From Malacoraja senta (taxonomy: Eukaryota), in NCBI GenBank assembly GCA_038087875.1, contig CM075990.1, positions 1,924,001 through 1,988,000 of the forward strand: a stretch of 64,000 nt of DNA, in the 5' to 3' direction. The translations under genes and the position numbers were made by a program. This document shows, one piece after another, positions 25,505-37,472 of this stretch. The notes beneath the pieces were generated by a model that saw only the letters and a list, made by a program, of their open reading frames with translations, was not told the origin of the DNA and searched no databases. How positions within the stretch are numbered: the first letter of the stretch is position 1; every line of letters starts with the position of its first letter.

Positions 25505-26611
25505 TAAGTCAATGGAAAAGCAATAGGGAACAAGATGCTAATTTCCGAGTATGAAAATGGCCATAACCTTTTAAATACTGAAGATATGAAAGTGAATTAG
25601 GTGTCAAATTAAACTTCTTTTTATGCTTTATCTGATGGGATAAATTGCAGACTTGATTTTTAAAATCTCAAAATTTTGTAACATTGCTACCACACCAACT
25701 CGAACCCCAGGCCAGGGCCCAGAGCTGCACTCAGGGCCCAGTCCGTGTCTGTGCCCGCTCCCCGGCGCCCAAACCCCGGGCCTGGCTACAGCCCTGGGGA
25801 TCAGCCCACACCAGGCATCATCACCTTCCCTCTTCTTTTCCCTCTCCTCCTCCCTCAATCACCTCTCCCTCCCTCAGTCACTCCCATCCTCCCTCCATAA
25901 CCCCTCTCCCTCCCTGCACCCCCACTCCTTACCCCTCACCTCTCCCCTATTCCACCCCACACCACCCCCCCCCACCTCATAATTTTTTATGTAAATGAGA
26001 TTCTGATTCTCTGTGTGACGTTAGTGTGAATGAAAACGGAAACATTTGAATAAAAGAGATTTTGTTTTGAATTTTATGTAAATGAGATTCGGGATTCCAT
26101 CGTGCTGTTATTGACAGGCAGGGCAAGTGGAAGCGTGCTTTAAAAGTAGTTTTTGTAAAGTTTCAAATGTCAATAAATTGTAAATAATAACATCAATCTA
26201 AACGAAACTTGGCTAATGGACTCCAATGGTGGGCCAATAATTGTAGCGCTATCGTGTACCGTTTAGGCGGAGTTTTTGAATTACGCGCGCACGCATACAA
26301 ACAAAATGATAGTTTTAGTAATATAATAATATACTAATACTTTTGGCAAATTCAGTCATTCGCCCTTTAACATGACATTTTATTTCAGATTTTATCAGTT
26401 TCCCTATTATTAACCGTTCAGTTGACTCCACGAGTCACCAGCTACCACCCCTGTATCAGAGATAACGGAAGTTTGCAACAAGATGCCAACCATAGTACAG
26501 GATTGATATAGTTTGAAAACCTCTACAGCTTCAGGGCCACGACATTGCAAATTCATCAATTCATCATGGTCACGGAGGGCCGAGATACCGGCACCAGTTA
26601 ACACTCTGGTA

Positions 26612-29600
26612 CAGGGCCGGATTTAGATGAAGAGAGGCCCTAAGCTGTTCCACTTGTGAGGCCCCTCCCAATCCCCCACCCCCACGACTGGAGGAAGATG
26701 GTCCACCAGATTGACACCGATTTGCAGCCAAGCGTGGCCAATGAGATAAGGGGCTGGAAAGCTGCGCTTTTTATTTATTTATTCATTGCCAGAGCTAGTG
26801 TCAAGTTATTGGATTAAAACACTATTATTCTGAAATGGAGGACAAGGAAAATTACTGAAGGTTTGTTTAGAGACTACAGTGCGTTGTGACAGCATATGTA
26901 AGAAAGGCCTATGACAGTGTCAAAAATATTATACATCTTGCAGGGCTCTCACTTAATTTTTTCTCTCTGTTGTCATCCGGGCAACCTTGGCAGCTTTTTA
27001 AGTTGCCAAATGACAGTTTAGGTGGTCATTTAAGACGGCTTGCATGACGCGTGCGATAATGTGCTCGGACGAAGTGCGTAGTTACCAGTCGGAATTATGC
27101 TCAATGAAGCATTCACATATTATTTCTGCTTCATATAAAGTCACAAACTAAACATATTCACCAATCAAGACATGATATATACCACACTGATATGCAGGAA
27201 AATCATAAAATCTTTTTACACGTTGCAATGAATGCAATTTATATTATTTCTTTCCACTTCCAAACAAAAATGTGGTTGGATTATTCAGCCTATGATCAAC
27301 CTCGGTGAGACCAAGCGCAGCCTTGGCAATCGCTTCGCCCAACACCACTGCTCGGTCCACAATAACCAACCTGATCTCCCGGTGGCTCAGCACTTCAACT
27401 ACCCCTCCCAGTCCGAATCCGACCTTTGTGCCCTGGGCCTCTTCCATGGCCAGAGTGAGGCCCACCGTGAATTGGAGGAGCAGCACCTCATATTTCGCTT
27501 GGGCAGTTTACACCCCAGCGATATGAACATTGACTTCTTCAATTTCAGGTAATCCCTGCTTTCTCCTCCCCTTCCCAGCTCTCCCTCAGCCCACTGTCTC
27601 CACCTCTTCCTTTCTTCTTCCCATCCCCATCAGTCTGAAGAAGGGTCTCGACCCGAAACATCGCCTATTTCCTTCGCTCTAGATGCTGCCTCACCCGCTG
27701 AGTTTCTTCAGCATTTTTGTCTACCCATTCACATAAGTTCTGTTATCCCACTTTCCTCACCCGCTCCCTACACATTAGGGCAATTTTACAGAGACAAGTT
27801 AACCTACAAAGCCAATGCATCTTTGGATGTGGGAGGAAACCCTCACGCTTGCAGGGAGAATGTGCAAATTCAACACAGACAGTGCCCGAGGACAGGATCG
27901 AACGCAGATCTCTGGCGTGTGAGGCAAGTCTACCAGCTGTACCACTATATTTTGTTTTCCAACACACAAAAAATTATACGTTGATAACTTTGGTTACTAA
28001 AAAATGAAAAAAAACATTTTCAGTATTACATCTCCAAGTGACGCTATGTCCCCCTGTATGTTTTAATAAAGTTCAAAACTATGGGGCAGTACATTGGCCA
28101 TAAAGTACCTGCCTAAAAGTGCCAGAGACCCGGAATAGATCCTGAATATGGGTGCTGTCTGTATGGAGTTTGCTCCTTTTCTCTTTGATCGCATGGGTTT
28201 TCTCCGGGTGCTCTTGTTTCCTTCCACATTCCAAAGGTGTGCAGAAACCTAATTCAGACCCAACCCAAAATGTAATATTTTCCTTTTGTCCAGAGATTCT
28301 GTCTGACCTGTTGAGTTACTCCAGCTTTTTGTGTCTATCTTCAGTTTGAACCAGCATCTGCAGTTCCTTCCTACACACACGATACTATACGATAGAACTT
28401 TATTAATCCCAGGAGGGAAATTGTGTGTGTATGTGTGTGGGTATATATATTTTATACACACACACATATATATATATTTATATAGTTATATATTCATATA
28501 TAACTATACACCGTTTTGTTTTCTCAATTATAACATTGTTTACAGAGTACTATGTTTACATATTCTGTTGTGCCGCTGCAAGTAAGGATTTCATTGATCT
28601 AACTGGGACGTGAGAGAATAAAACACTCTTGACTTACTCTGCTAATGTGTGGGATAGAACTAGTGTATGTGTGATCAGTGGTTGGCGTAGACTCGGTGGG
28701 CCGAAGGGCCTGTTTCCACGCTGTATCTTTAAATTAAACTAAAAACACTAAAACCAGAGGGAGTCTAAAGAGGGGTCTCTACCCGAAATGTCACCCAATT
28801 TCTTCTATCCAGAGTTGCTGGCTGCTCCATGGAGTTCCCCCACACAATTAAAGCATGGAATAGTCTTCACCCTATCACAGTTACCCAACCAGACGCAACT
28901 AAATTTAAGGCACCTCTTTTTTCCCCAAGAACCCTTTTTTGGTTAAGTCCAAGTCAAGAGTCAAGAGAATTTTATTGTCATGTGTCCCAGATAGGACAAT
29001 GAAATTCTTGCTTGCTGCAGCACAACAGAATATGTAAACATAATACAGAACAGGAGATAAAAGTTCAGTGTGTTTATATACCATAGACCATATATATACA
29101 CAATAAATAAACAGATAAAATGCAATAGGCTGTTATTGTTCAGTCCTCCACCACCACCAGTTTAAATTCCATTTAGAATATTTATGGAGGACCAGGAAAC
29201 CAGAAGCAAGAGTTACTCCAGAGAGTTAATCCAGATCCAGGGTCAGGGACTGATTCTGCATTGGTTTTCAGCGGTCGCGGCGAGGCGGAGTCCAGACAGC
29301 AATGGCGGCCAGATCCCCCACAATTCAAAGCGAGGGAGAAGGTGCCCAGCGCCGACCAGTTGCCGTGGCAGTGCGCATGCGGGGGTCGACTAATGCAATC
29401 AACTCGACGTGCACACACAGATCAAATAGAACAAGTTGTCCTACAACTTTAGGCTGTGCATGCCACACGAAAGAAGTGCGCATGCGCAGGGCGGCCGATG
29501 ATGCACTGGCCGTGGTTGAGGGCATGTGCAGGGGGGAGGATGTGCTGGCCGTAGCAGTGCGCATGTGCAAGGCGGCCTGCCGTGCCGGCGGATGAGAAGG

Positions 29601-29864
29601 GAGCGGAGAGCGGGAACCCGGCGGCCCGGACACGGATACGGATGGCGGGCGGAGACGGAGAGTTGACAGAGAGATAGAGAGATAGCGAGGGGGCCCGCCC
29701 ACAGTTGAACGGCAGGTGTCCTGCCTTGGCCGGAGGCCGCCTAGATTTCGAGGCCCTAGGCTTCAGCCTATGAAGCCTAGTGGTAAATCCGGCTCTGCGA
29801 GGACCCCCTAGATCTTGAGGCCCTAAGCTTAAGTTTGTCGAGCTTATGCATAAATCCGGCCCTG
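26612..29864. mobile_element. hAT-type element with nested Penelope, SINE and hAT fragments
   Basis: Perfect 14-bp TIR CAGGGCCGGATTTA / TAAATCCGGCCCTG; TSD ctctggta / cactgata (6/8); a second right-end copy at ~29750-29796. Confidence 0.65.
27295..27725 (+). mobile_element. Penelope-like GIY-YIG/3' fragment
   Basis: GETKRSLGNRFAQH..PVAQHFN..LEEQHLIFRLG plus the terminal repeat. Confidence 0.85.
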
Positions 29865-30169
29865 CACTGATACAAAAAGAAGGTAGACAGAGGCTAAAGC
29901 CCAGGATTAGCACAGGACCTTCAAGAGAGCGTGAAGGTTCCATACTGTTTTTTTCCAAAACAGCAACCGTTGGCCTCTCCTTGAACCAAACCCAGCGGTG
30001 GATCATATTGACAATAATAAACGTTAACTATAAACTTGTGATCCAAAATTAAAGTGCCAGAGAAGAAGCAGCAAATCCTCACAGCGATAATACACCTTCT
30101 TTAAATACCGACTATTATTAGCGTCTTGTACAATACCTCTTTAAAGTGTGCAGATAGTTAATTCAGCTG

Positions 30170-30620
30170 TGAAGCGACACTGGGCTCTGACAGCGCAACC
30201 GTGGGTCGGTGTTGGAGGCAGTCAAGGGGGTGAGGCTGGGAGCCGCTCCCGTCCGCAGGGCCCCCGGTGCCGGGAGGAGTGGTCACCTGTGCGGGGCCAG
30301 GGACTGAGACGACAGACAGACAGACTTACCGACTGATGGTCCCTGCGGGGTCCAAGCGGCAGAAGCTTCCCCGCGGCGCCAGGAATAAGGAGCTGGAGCG
30401 TGGCCACTACAACCACTTCCCTTCTGGTCGTCGCCTGTCCCCGACGCACCTAGAGTATAGTATAGTATTGTAGATGATGGTAGATGATGGTAGATGAGGG
30501 TAGAGTATACCTGAGCTGAACAGAGCTGAGCTGAGCAGAGCAGACGCCAGACACAACCTCCTTCAACGCCGTCTGTCTGTGTCTGTGTCTGTTTCTACAT
30601 CCAGCCCACGGCGCAACTGC
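30170..30620 (-). promoter_or_regulatory. CpG-rich segment; candidate promoter and non-coding first exon of the SUN2-like gene
   Basis: Non-repeat GC/CpG-rich sequence upstream of the ATG exon, with a strong minus-strand donor TCG|gtaagt at 30329 and a second CAG|gtatac at 30510. Confidence 0.45.
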
Positions 30621-30751
30621 CCATTGACTCCATCGTTCAAAATGCTACATTCTAGAGTGTTAGTTTGTGTCACGGTTCCACCCCCCGGGAGGTGGGGACA
30701 GGAACCGTGACAACTGCGGCACCACCACCCCAACATTCCAACCGGCCCCTC

Positions 30752-31202
30752 CAGGCATGAAAATCGCTATCAAAACATGCGGGGGACACAATTTCTTGGC
30801 AGCTGCGTACGTATATGCGCACACACGCGAGGCTTCGGCCGTGGGTTCTGCGGAAGGTAACATCGGGAGCTGACCTGGTTGATGAGGGACTCCGAACTCC
30901 AGCAACAGCAGCTTCGTCCGTCCCGAATCATGGGGCTTGAATTGGCCCGTTCATGGGGTCTTTAATCGGCCGATGGGGGCTTCAACATCGGAAGCCATGA
31001 TCAGCAGTTTGATTTCTAAGCCACGCCGGGCGCTGAAAGGCACCACAAATGGACCGATTCAGTCCTGAGAAAGCGTCTGATAAAGTCCGGATTACAAAAC
31101 ACGGGGGGGGTGGGGGGATTGTCCCCCACCTCTCAAAGCGGGGGGGGGGGGTACGTGTCCCACCTGTCCAACCCCCCCCCCCCCCCAGGATATCCGCCCC
31201 TG
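30752..31202. mobile_element. hAT MITE, internally deleted relative of 357-1222
   Basis: Shares aatcgctatcaaaacatg...catcgggagctgacctggtt...tccggattacaaaaca; lacks the AT-rich segment at 720-1135. Confidence 0.75.
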
Positions 31203-31254
31203 CTCACCTCCCTTCCCTGATCCCCACCTCCACACTATAGCCTCACTCTGACTA

Positions 31255-31775
31255 TAAAAGATGAAATAGCGGCACATTTGGATAGCAGTCGCAAGATCGG
31301 TCCGAGTTATTTGAGGATGTAACTAGGAAAATGGACAAGGGAGAGCCAGTGGATGTGGTGTACCTGGCCTTTCAGAAAGCATTTGATAAGGTCCCACATA
31401 GACGATTACTGGGTAAAATTAGAGCGCATGGTATTGGGGGTAGGGTACAGACATGGATAAAAAATTGGTTGGCAGACAGGAAACAAGGAGTAGGGATAAA
31501 CGGGTCCCTTTCAGAATGGCAGGCAGTGACTAGTGGGGTATCACAATGCTCGGTGCTGGGACCGCAGCTATTTGCAATATACATTAATGATTTAGATGAA
31601 GGGATTAAAAGTTACATTAGCAAATTTGCAGATGACACAAAGCTGGGTGGCAGTGTGAACTGTGAGGAGGATTCTGTGAAGATGCAGGGTAACTTGGACA
31701 GGTTGGGCGAGTGGGCAGATGCAGTTTAATAAATGTGAGGTTATCCACTTTAGTGGCAAAAACACGAAGGCACAA
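31255..31775 (+). mobile_element. CR1 RT fragment
   Basis: ORF 31331-31729: [25 protein letters not shown]. Confidence 0.9.
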
Positions 31776-31779
31776 TAAT

Positions 31780-34590
31780 CCAGTTTGACGTGTCTTTCCT
31801 CCTGGATATGTGAACTCCTCAACCTGAGCTAATGATGTACCATTGATTTCTATATTTATTTTTATGTTCTCTTTGGAAATTGCCTGCACTTGTGTTTCTC
31901 CTAAGTTGATTTTCAGTCCCAGCACTTTACTGCTTTCATGTACGAGGTTTATCAGAGTCTGAAGTTTGGTTTCACTCGCAGCAATGAGTGCGATGTCATC
32001 TGCGAAGCCATTTAGGAGCTGACCTTGGATATTTACGCCTATATTTGTGCCGTGCAATGCATACAAGATGTTACAGGATGTTAAATAGCTGTAGGTACAC
32101 AAAAATGCTGGAGAAACTCAGCGGGTGCAGCAGCATCTATGGAGCAAAGGAAATAGGCAACGTTTTGGACCGAAAACCCTTCTTCAGACTGATGGGGGGT
32201 GGGGAGAAGAAAGGAAAAAGGCGGAGGAGGAGCCCGAGGGCTGAGGGATGGGAGGAGACAGCCCGAGGGCTGAGGAAGTGGAGGAGACAGCAAGGGCTAA
32301 CAAAATTGGGAGAATTCAATGTTCATGCCCCCATGATGCAGACTCCCCAAGCGGAATATGAGGTGCTGTTCCTCCAATTGCTCGCTCTGGCCATGGAGGA
32401 GACCCAGGACAGAGAGGTCGGATACGGAATGGGAGGGGGAGTTGAAGTGCTGAGCCACCGGGAGGTCAGGTTGGTTATTGCGGACCGAGCGGAGGTGTTC
32501 GGCGAAACGATCGCCAAGCCTCCGCTTGGTCTCACCGATGTAGATCAGCTGACATCTAGAGTAGCGGATGCAATAGATGAGGTTGGAGGAGATGCAGGTG
32601 AACCTCTGTCGCACCTGGAACGACTGCTTGGGTCCTTGAATGGAGTCGAGGGGGGAGGTGAAGGGACAAGTGTTGCATCTCTTGCAGTTGCAAGGGAAAG
32701 TGCCCGGGGAGGGGGTGGTACGGGAGGGAAGGGAAGAATTGACAAGGGAGTTACGGAGGGAGCGGTCTTTGCGGAAGGCAGACATGGGGGGAGATGGGAA
32801 GATGTGGCGAGTGGTGGGTCACGTTGGAGGTGGCGAAACTGACGGAGGATTACTTGTTGTATGTGACGGCTGGTGGGGTGAAAGGTGAGGACTAAGGGGA
32901 CTCTGCCATTGTTGCGAGTGGGGGGATGGGGAGAGAGAGCAGTGTTGCGGTGTATGGAAGAGACCCTGGTGCGAGCCTCATCTATGGTGGGGGAGGGGAA
33001 CCCCCGTTCCCTGAAGAATGAAGACATTTCAGATGCCCTGGTGTGGAACGCCTCATCCTGGGAGCAGATGCGGCGTAGACGGAGGAATTGGGAGTAGGGG
33101 TTGGAGTCCTTACAGGAAGCAGGGTGGGAAGAAGTGTAGTCCAGATAGCCATGGGAGTCAGTAGGTTTATAGAGGATGTCGGTCAGAAGTCTATCACCTG
33201 CGATGGAGATAGTGAGGTCAAGGAATGGTAGGGAAGTGTCGGAAATGGTCCAGGTGTATTTGAGTGCCGGATGGAAGTTAGTGGATGAAGTCAGTCAGTT
33301 GTGTGTGGGTGCAGGAGGTGGCACCAAAGCAGTCGTCGATGTAGCGGAGGTAGAGTTTGGGGATGGGGCCCTGGTACATATTGAACAAGGATTGTTCGAC
33401 GTACCCGACAAAGAGGCAGGGGTAGCTGGGGCCCATGCGTGTGCCCATAGCTACGCCTTGTATTTGGAGGAAATGGGAGGAGTCAAACGAGAAGTCTTTG
33501 GAGGAAATGGGAGGAGTCAAACGAGAAGTTTTGGAGGAAATTTGTGAATTCTTCGTCAATTGGGTTTTTCTTGTTGTAGAGGTCTTGGACGTTCTCTTTC
33601 CATCTTCCTTTGACATCATCAATTTTAGTAAATATTTCTCCCTCTTTGCTTTTTACCGTCTGCATTTTTGGTGGTTGATTTTCTTGTAATTTTCTTAATT
33701 ATTGAGTAAACCTCTTTGGATTTAGCAGTTTGATGTGTTTGGTCTACTTTGACGCATAACTCTTTGAGCATTCTTTGGTTTTTCTCTTGATTTCACGATT
33801 TAGGTAGTTGTGTCTGCTTCGTTTGGTTGGATCAAGAAGTTTCTCTTGTTTCGCTTCGCTTCTTTCCTTCGTAAGCTGGATAACTTCTTCACTGATCCAG
33901 GGTTTTTCCTTTTGGCTCTTTTTGTATCCGAGAACTTTCTTTGATGTCTCGCTAAAGGCATTTTTAATTTCCGTCCACATGCTTTCTGTGTCGCAATCGT
34001 CCTGCTCCATAAGTGGAGCAAAGCGTCCTCCAATTTCAATTTCATTATCACTTCTAGTATCTGGGTTTTTGAGTCTTAAATATCATATCTAAGATATCAT
34101 ACTGCTTTGGATATATCGCTTTCTTGATTGCATGGAATTTCATGCGTATATTAGCTATTACAAGCTGATGGTCAGATCCAATGTCAGCGCTTCTGGCATT
34201 TTGCACACAGTTTTTCCACTTATTGCTTATCATGATGTAGTCTATTTTGTTGTGTGTTGCTTGATCTGGAGAACCCCATGTCCATTGTCTGGAATCCTTT
34301 TTCTGTTTAAACATTGTGTGATTAATACATGTCATTTACAGTGCAGAAATGCAGATGTTTTTCACCTCGCTGGTTTACTTGGCCAAATCCATGTTTGCCT
34401 ATGGTATTTTGCCCATTGTTGCCAGTCGGTTCCGACTTTGCCATTTAAGTCTCCCATGATGATGGGGACATCATTTTTCGGAATTCTATTAACAGTACTT
34501 TGAAGAAGATCATATTCATCAATAATTGCTTCTGAATCAGCTGAGTTTGGGGTGTATACTTGAAGAATGGTCATTGTTCCGTTCTGATTC
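31780..34590 (-). mobile_element. RTE-clade LINE remnant (APE and RT fragments) split by a Penelope insertion
   Basis: TILQVYTP..IIMGDLNGKVG, WTWGSPD..NKIDYIMI..IGSDHQLV, KPWISEE, FADDIALIA..GLKIN. Confidence 0.75.
32093..33540 (-). mobile_element. Penelope-like retroelement (RT motifs C-E, GIY-YIG, 3' repeat)
   Basis: QIQGVAMGTRMGPSY..RYIDD; ORF 32297-32785 GIY-YIG; a short tandem duplication at the 5' junction (33462-33540). Confidence 0.9.
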
Positions 34591-34702
34591 CTGATTATTT
34601 TGGCACTAAATTATTTGATAATTGTTCATATATATCTACTTAGTCAGTACCATATTAAACATACAGTATGTATTTGCAACTACAATAAGAATCTTTAAGA
34701 AG

Positions 34703-36140
34703 AAACTACAGATGCTGGAAAATCGAAGGTAGACAAAAATGCTGGAGAAACTCAGCGGGTGAGGTAGCATCTAAGGAACGAAGGAAATAGGCGACATTTC
34801 AAGTCGAGACCGTTCTTCAGACTGATGTGAGGATGGGGGGGGGTGGGGGTAAAGAAAGGAAGAGGCGGGGAGTGGGCTGAGGGAGAGCTGGGAAGGGGAG
34901 GAGAAAGTAGGGACTACCTGTAATTGGAGAGGTCAATGCTCATTTTAAGTAGGTGTAAACTGCCCAAGCGAAATATGAGGTGCTACTCCTCCAATTTACG
35001 GTGGGCCTCACTGGCCATGGAGGAGGCCCAGGGCAGAAAGGTCGGATTCGGAAGGGGAGTTGAAGTGCTGAGCCACCAAGTGTGAACCGAGTGGAGGTGT
35101 TGGGCGAAGTGATCGCCAAGCCTTCGCTTGGTCTCACTGATGTAGAGCAGCTGACACCCAGAGCAGCGGATGCAATAGATGAGGTTGAAGGAGGTGCAGG
35201 TAAACCTCTGCCGCACCTAGAAAGACGGCTTGGGTCCTTGAATTGAGTCAAGCGGGGAGGTAAGCGACAAGTCTAGCATTTCCTGCGGTTGCCAGGGAAA
35301 GTGCCAGGGGAGGGCGTGGTTTGGGTGGGAAGGGACGAATTGACCAGGGAGTTACGGAGGGAGTGGTCTCGGTGGAAAGTAGGCAGGGGAGGAGATGGGA
35401 AGATGTGGCCAGTGGTGGGATCCCGTTGGAGGTGGTGAAAATGTCGAAGGATTATTTGTTGTATGTGACGGCTAGTAGAGTGGAAGGTGAGGACAAGGGG
35501 ACTCTGCCCTTTTTACGAGGGGGGGGATGGGGAGTGAGAGCAGAGTTACGGGGTATAGAGGAGACCTTAGTGAGAGCCTCAACTATAGTAGAAGAGGGGA
35601 ACCCCCGTTCCCTGAAGAATGAGGACATCTCCGATGCCCTGGTTTGGAACACCTCATCCTGGGTCCAGATGCGGCATAGACGGAGGAATTGGGAGTCGGG
35701 GATGGAGTCCTTACAAGAAGCAGGGTGGGAAGAATTGTAGTCCAGATAACCATGGGAGTCAGTGGGTTTATAGTAGATGTCGGTCAGTAGTCTATCCCCT
35801 GCGATGGAGTGAGGTCAAGAAATGGTAGGGAAATGGCCAAGATGTATTTGAGTGCCGGGTGGTGAGTTGTGTATGGGTGCAGGAGGTAGCACCAATGCAG
35901 TCGTCGATGTAGCAGAGGGAGAGTTCGGGGATTGGGCCATGGTACGCATCGAACATAGATTGTTCGACGTACCCTACAAAGAGGCAGGCATAGCTAGGGC
36001 CCATGAGCGTGCCCACAGCTACGCCTTGTATTTGGAGGAAATGGGAGGAGTCAAATGAAAGTTGTTGAGGGTAAGGACCAGCTCCGCTAGGCGGAGGAGA
36101 GTATCAGTCGATGGGGTTTGGTTGGTTCTGCGGTCGAACC
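34703..36140 (-). mobile_element. Penelope-like retroelement, decayed
   Basis: GTLMGPSYACLFVG..YIDD; FTCTSFNLIYCIRCSGCQLLYISET. Confidence 0.88.
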
Positions 36141-36199
36141 AAGATTCAATAAGAATCTTGATTTCTTACCTTTTATGCCTACTTAAAATTCCCTGCTGG

Positions 36200-37371
36200 G
36201 TGAGGAAGGCTGGGGTGTAGATGTACAATGTCGATGCACTCATTGCTTGCAATGACTTATGTGTAGCTTGTTTTGCTTTGCAGAGGAGGTTCTTTGATCA
36301 TCTCCCGCTGACTTGTTTGATCATCTCCCGCTGACTTGCCTGTCTAGACTTCTTCCTCAGCTGCAGTTGTGCTGGAACCTGCAGTGGGGATGGCAATGGT
36401 CTGCTTTCTCTGGCTGTGCTCCTGACTGGTCCAGGTGGTGGATCCAGAGGGTCCCTCAGGAGGATCATGCTCATCCTCACTAGAAATGGCATGCTGTGGT
36501 TTCTCCTTGTTAAACTGGAAGAAAATAAATGTGTATCACAAATTTTAAGACCATTAAGATGTGGCAAGGAAGATGACAATCAAATTATCAATGTCAAAAT
36601 ATGTTTTGATAATAATCACCTTCTTGGTGCTCTGCCTCCTCTCCACTCGAATGATATGGTTCTTTATAAAGGCCCATTTTTCTACTATCCGCTGGGTCAC
36701 GAAATTACTGCCATAGCCTGACTTGAGCAAACTGCGACAGCTTGCCTTAACTTGTCCTCTGGCTCTTAAACCATTGGCACAGTTGGTCGTCTGTGAAAAC
36801 ACAGGATGAATGAAGATCAGTGTGGAACAAATTGTAATTTTAATTGTGATTGTAATTATAATGACAGAAATGCAGACAAACAAAGTAAGTGTGTACTTAT
36901 AAGTGCAGCCAGGGAACTCCTTCGCCTTGGTCTCAAGCAGCATGTACTTTCGCTCCTTGTTTCTAAAATGTCTGCTGTTTTTAATCATACAGCTCAGGGT
37001 TCGCCTGATACCAATCTACGAGGCCCCCCTCTTGTTCCCTGCTGAAAACATATGGCTTGGTTACCATTTGCCTCTTCTTCTTGATCTCAACTGGCTCAGC
37101 TGAGGCATCAGTATCCTCAGCAAAATCGGAATCCCAATCTACAGCAAATCTAGCAACTATAGCAGGAGCAGCAGCAAAAGCAGCAACAGCAGCAGCTTTG
37201 GAAAATGTGGCCCTGAGTGGGGTGGTGCTGTGACCATGAGCCCCCTCCATGTTCACCTCCATGGTCTCCTCCTCCTGGACCTCAATCTGCTGAACCTGGG
37301 TCTACTCCTACATGGTTGGTTTTCGTTGTGCCTTGCTCGTCTGATGAACCCTGCTTCTCTTACGATGTCAT
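36200..37371 (-). pseudogene. Decayed spliced MADF/Myb-like DNA-binding gene (PIF/Harbinger partner-ORF type)
   Basis: FSREQEGGLVDWYQANPELYD / KNSRHFRNKERK..KAKEFPGCT|YDQLCQWFKSQRTS*GKL / KSG..WAFIKNHIIR; introns 36900-36791 and 36619-36515; stops, frameshifts and an AT donor. Confidence 0.7.
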
Positions 37372-37472
37372 TTTACGATCGTCTCCGTTGCAAGTGAAAA
37401 ATGTTTTGAAAGTCGGCGCTTTATATACCCGCGTGATCACGTGGTGCAGCGTGATCACGCGGGTATATAAAG

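Larger units (their letters stand above)
22683..25689. mobile_element. hAT-like non-autonomous DNA transposon hosting a Tc1 insertion
   Basis: TIR TAGC(G/A)ATGTTACAAAA at both ends; flanking direct repeat CCACACC (7 bp). Confidence 0.7.

Noticed and set aside
31988..32842. 284-aa + strand ORF (and similar ORFs at 39019, 41449, 46373)
   Set aside because: Antisense or shadow frames of Penelope, CR1 or GC-rich repeats.
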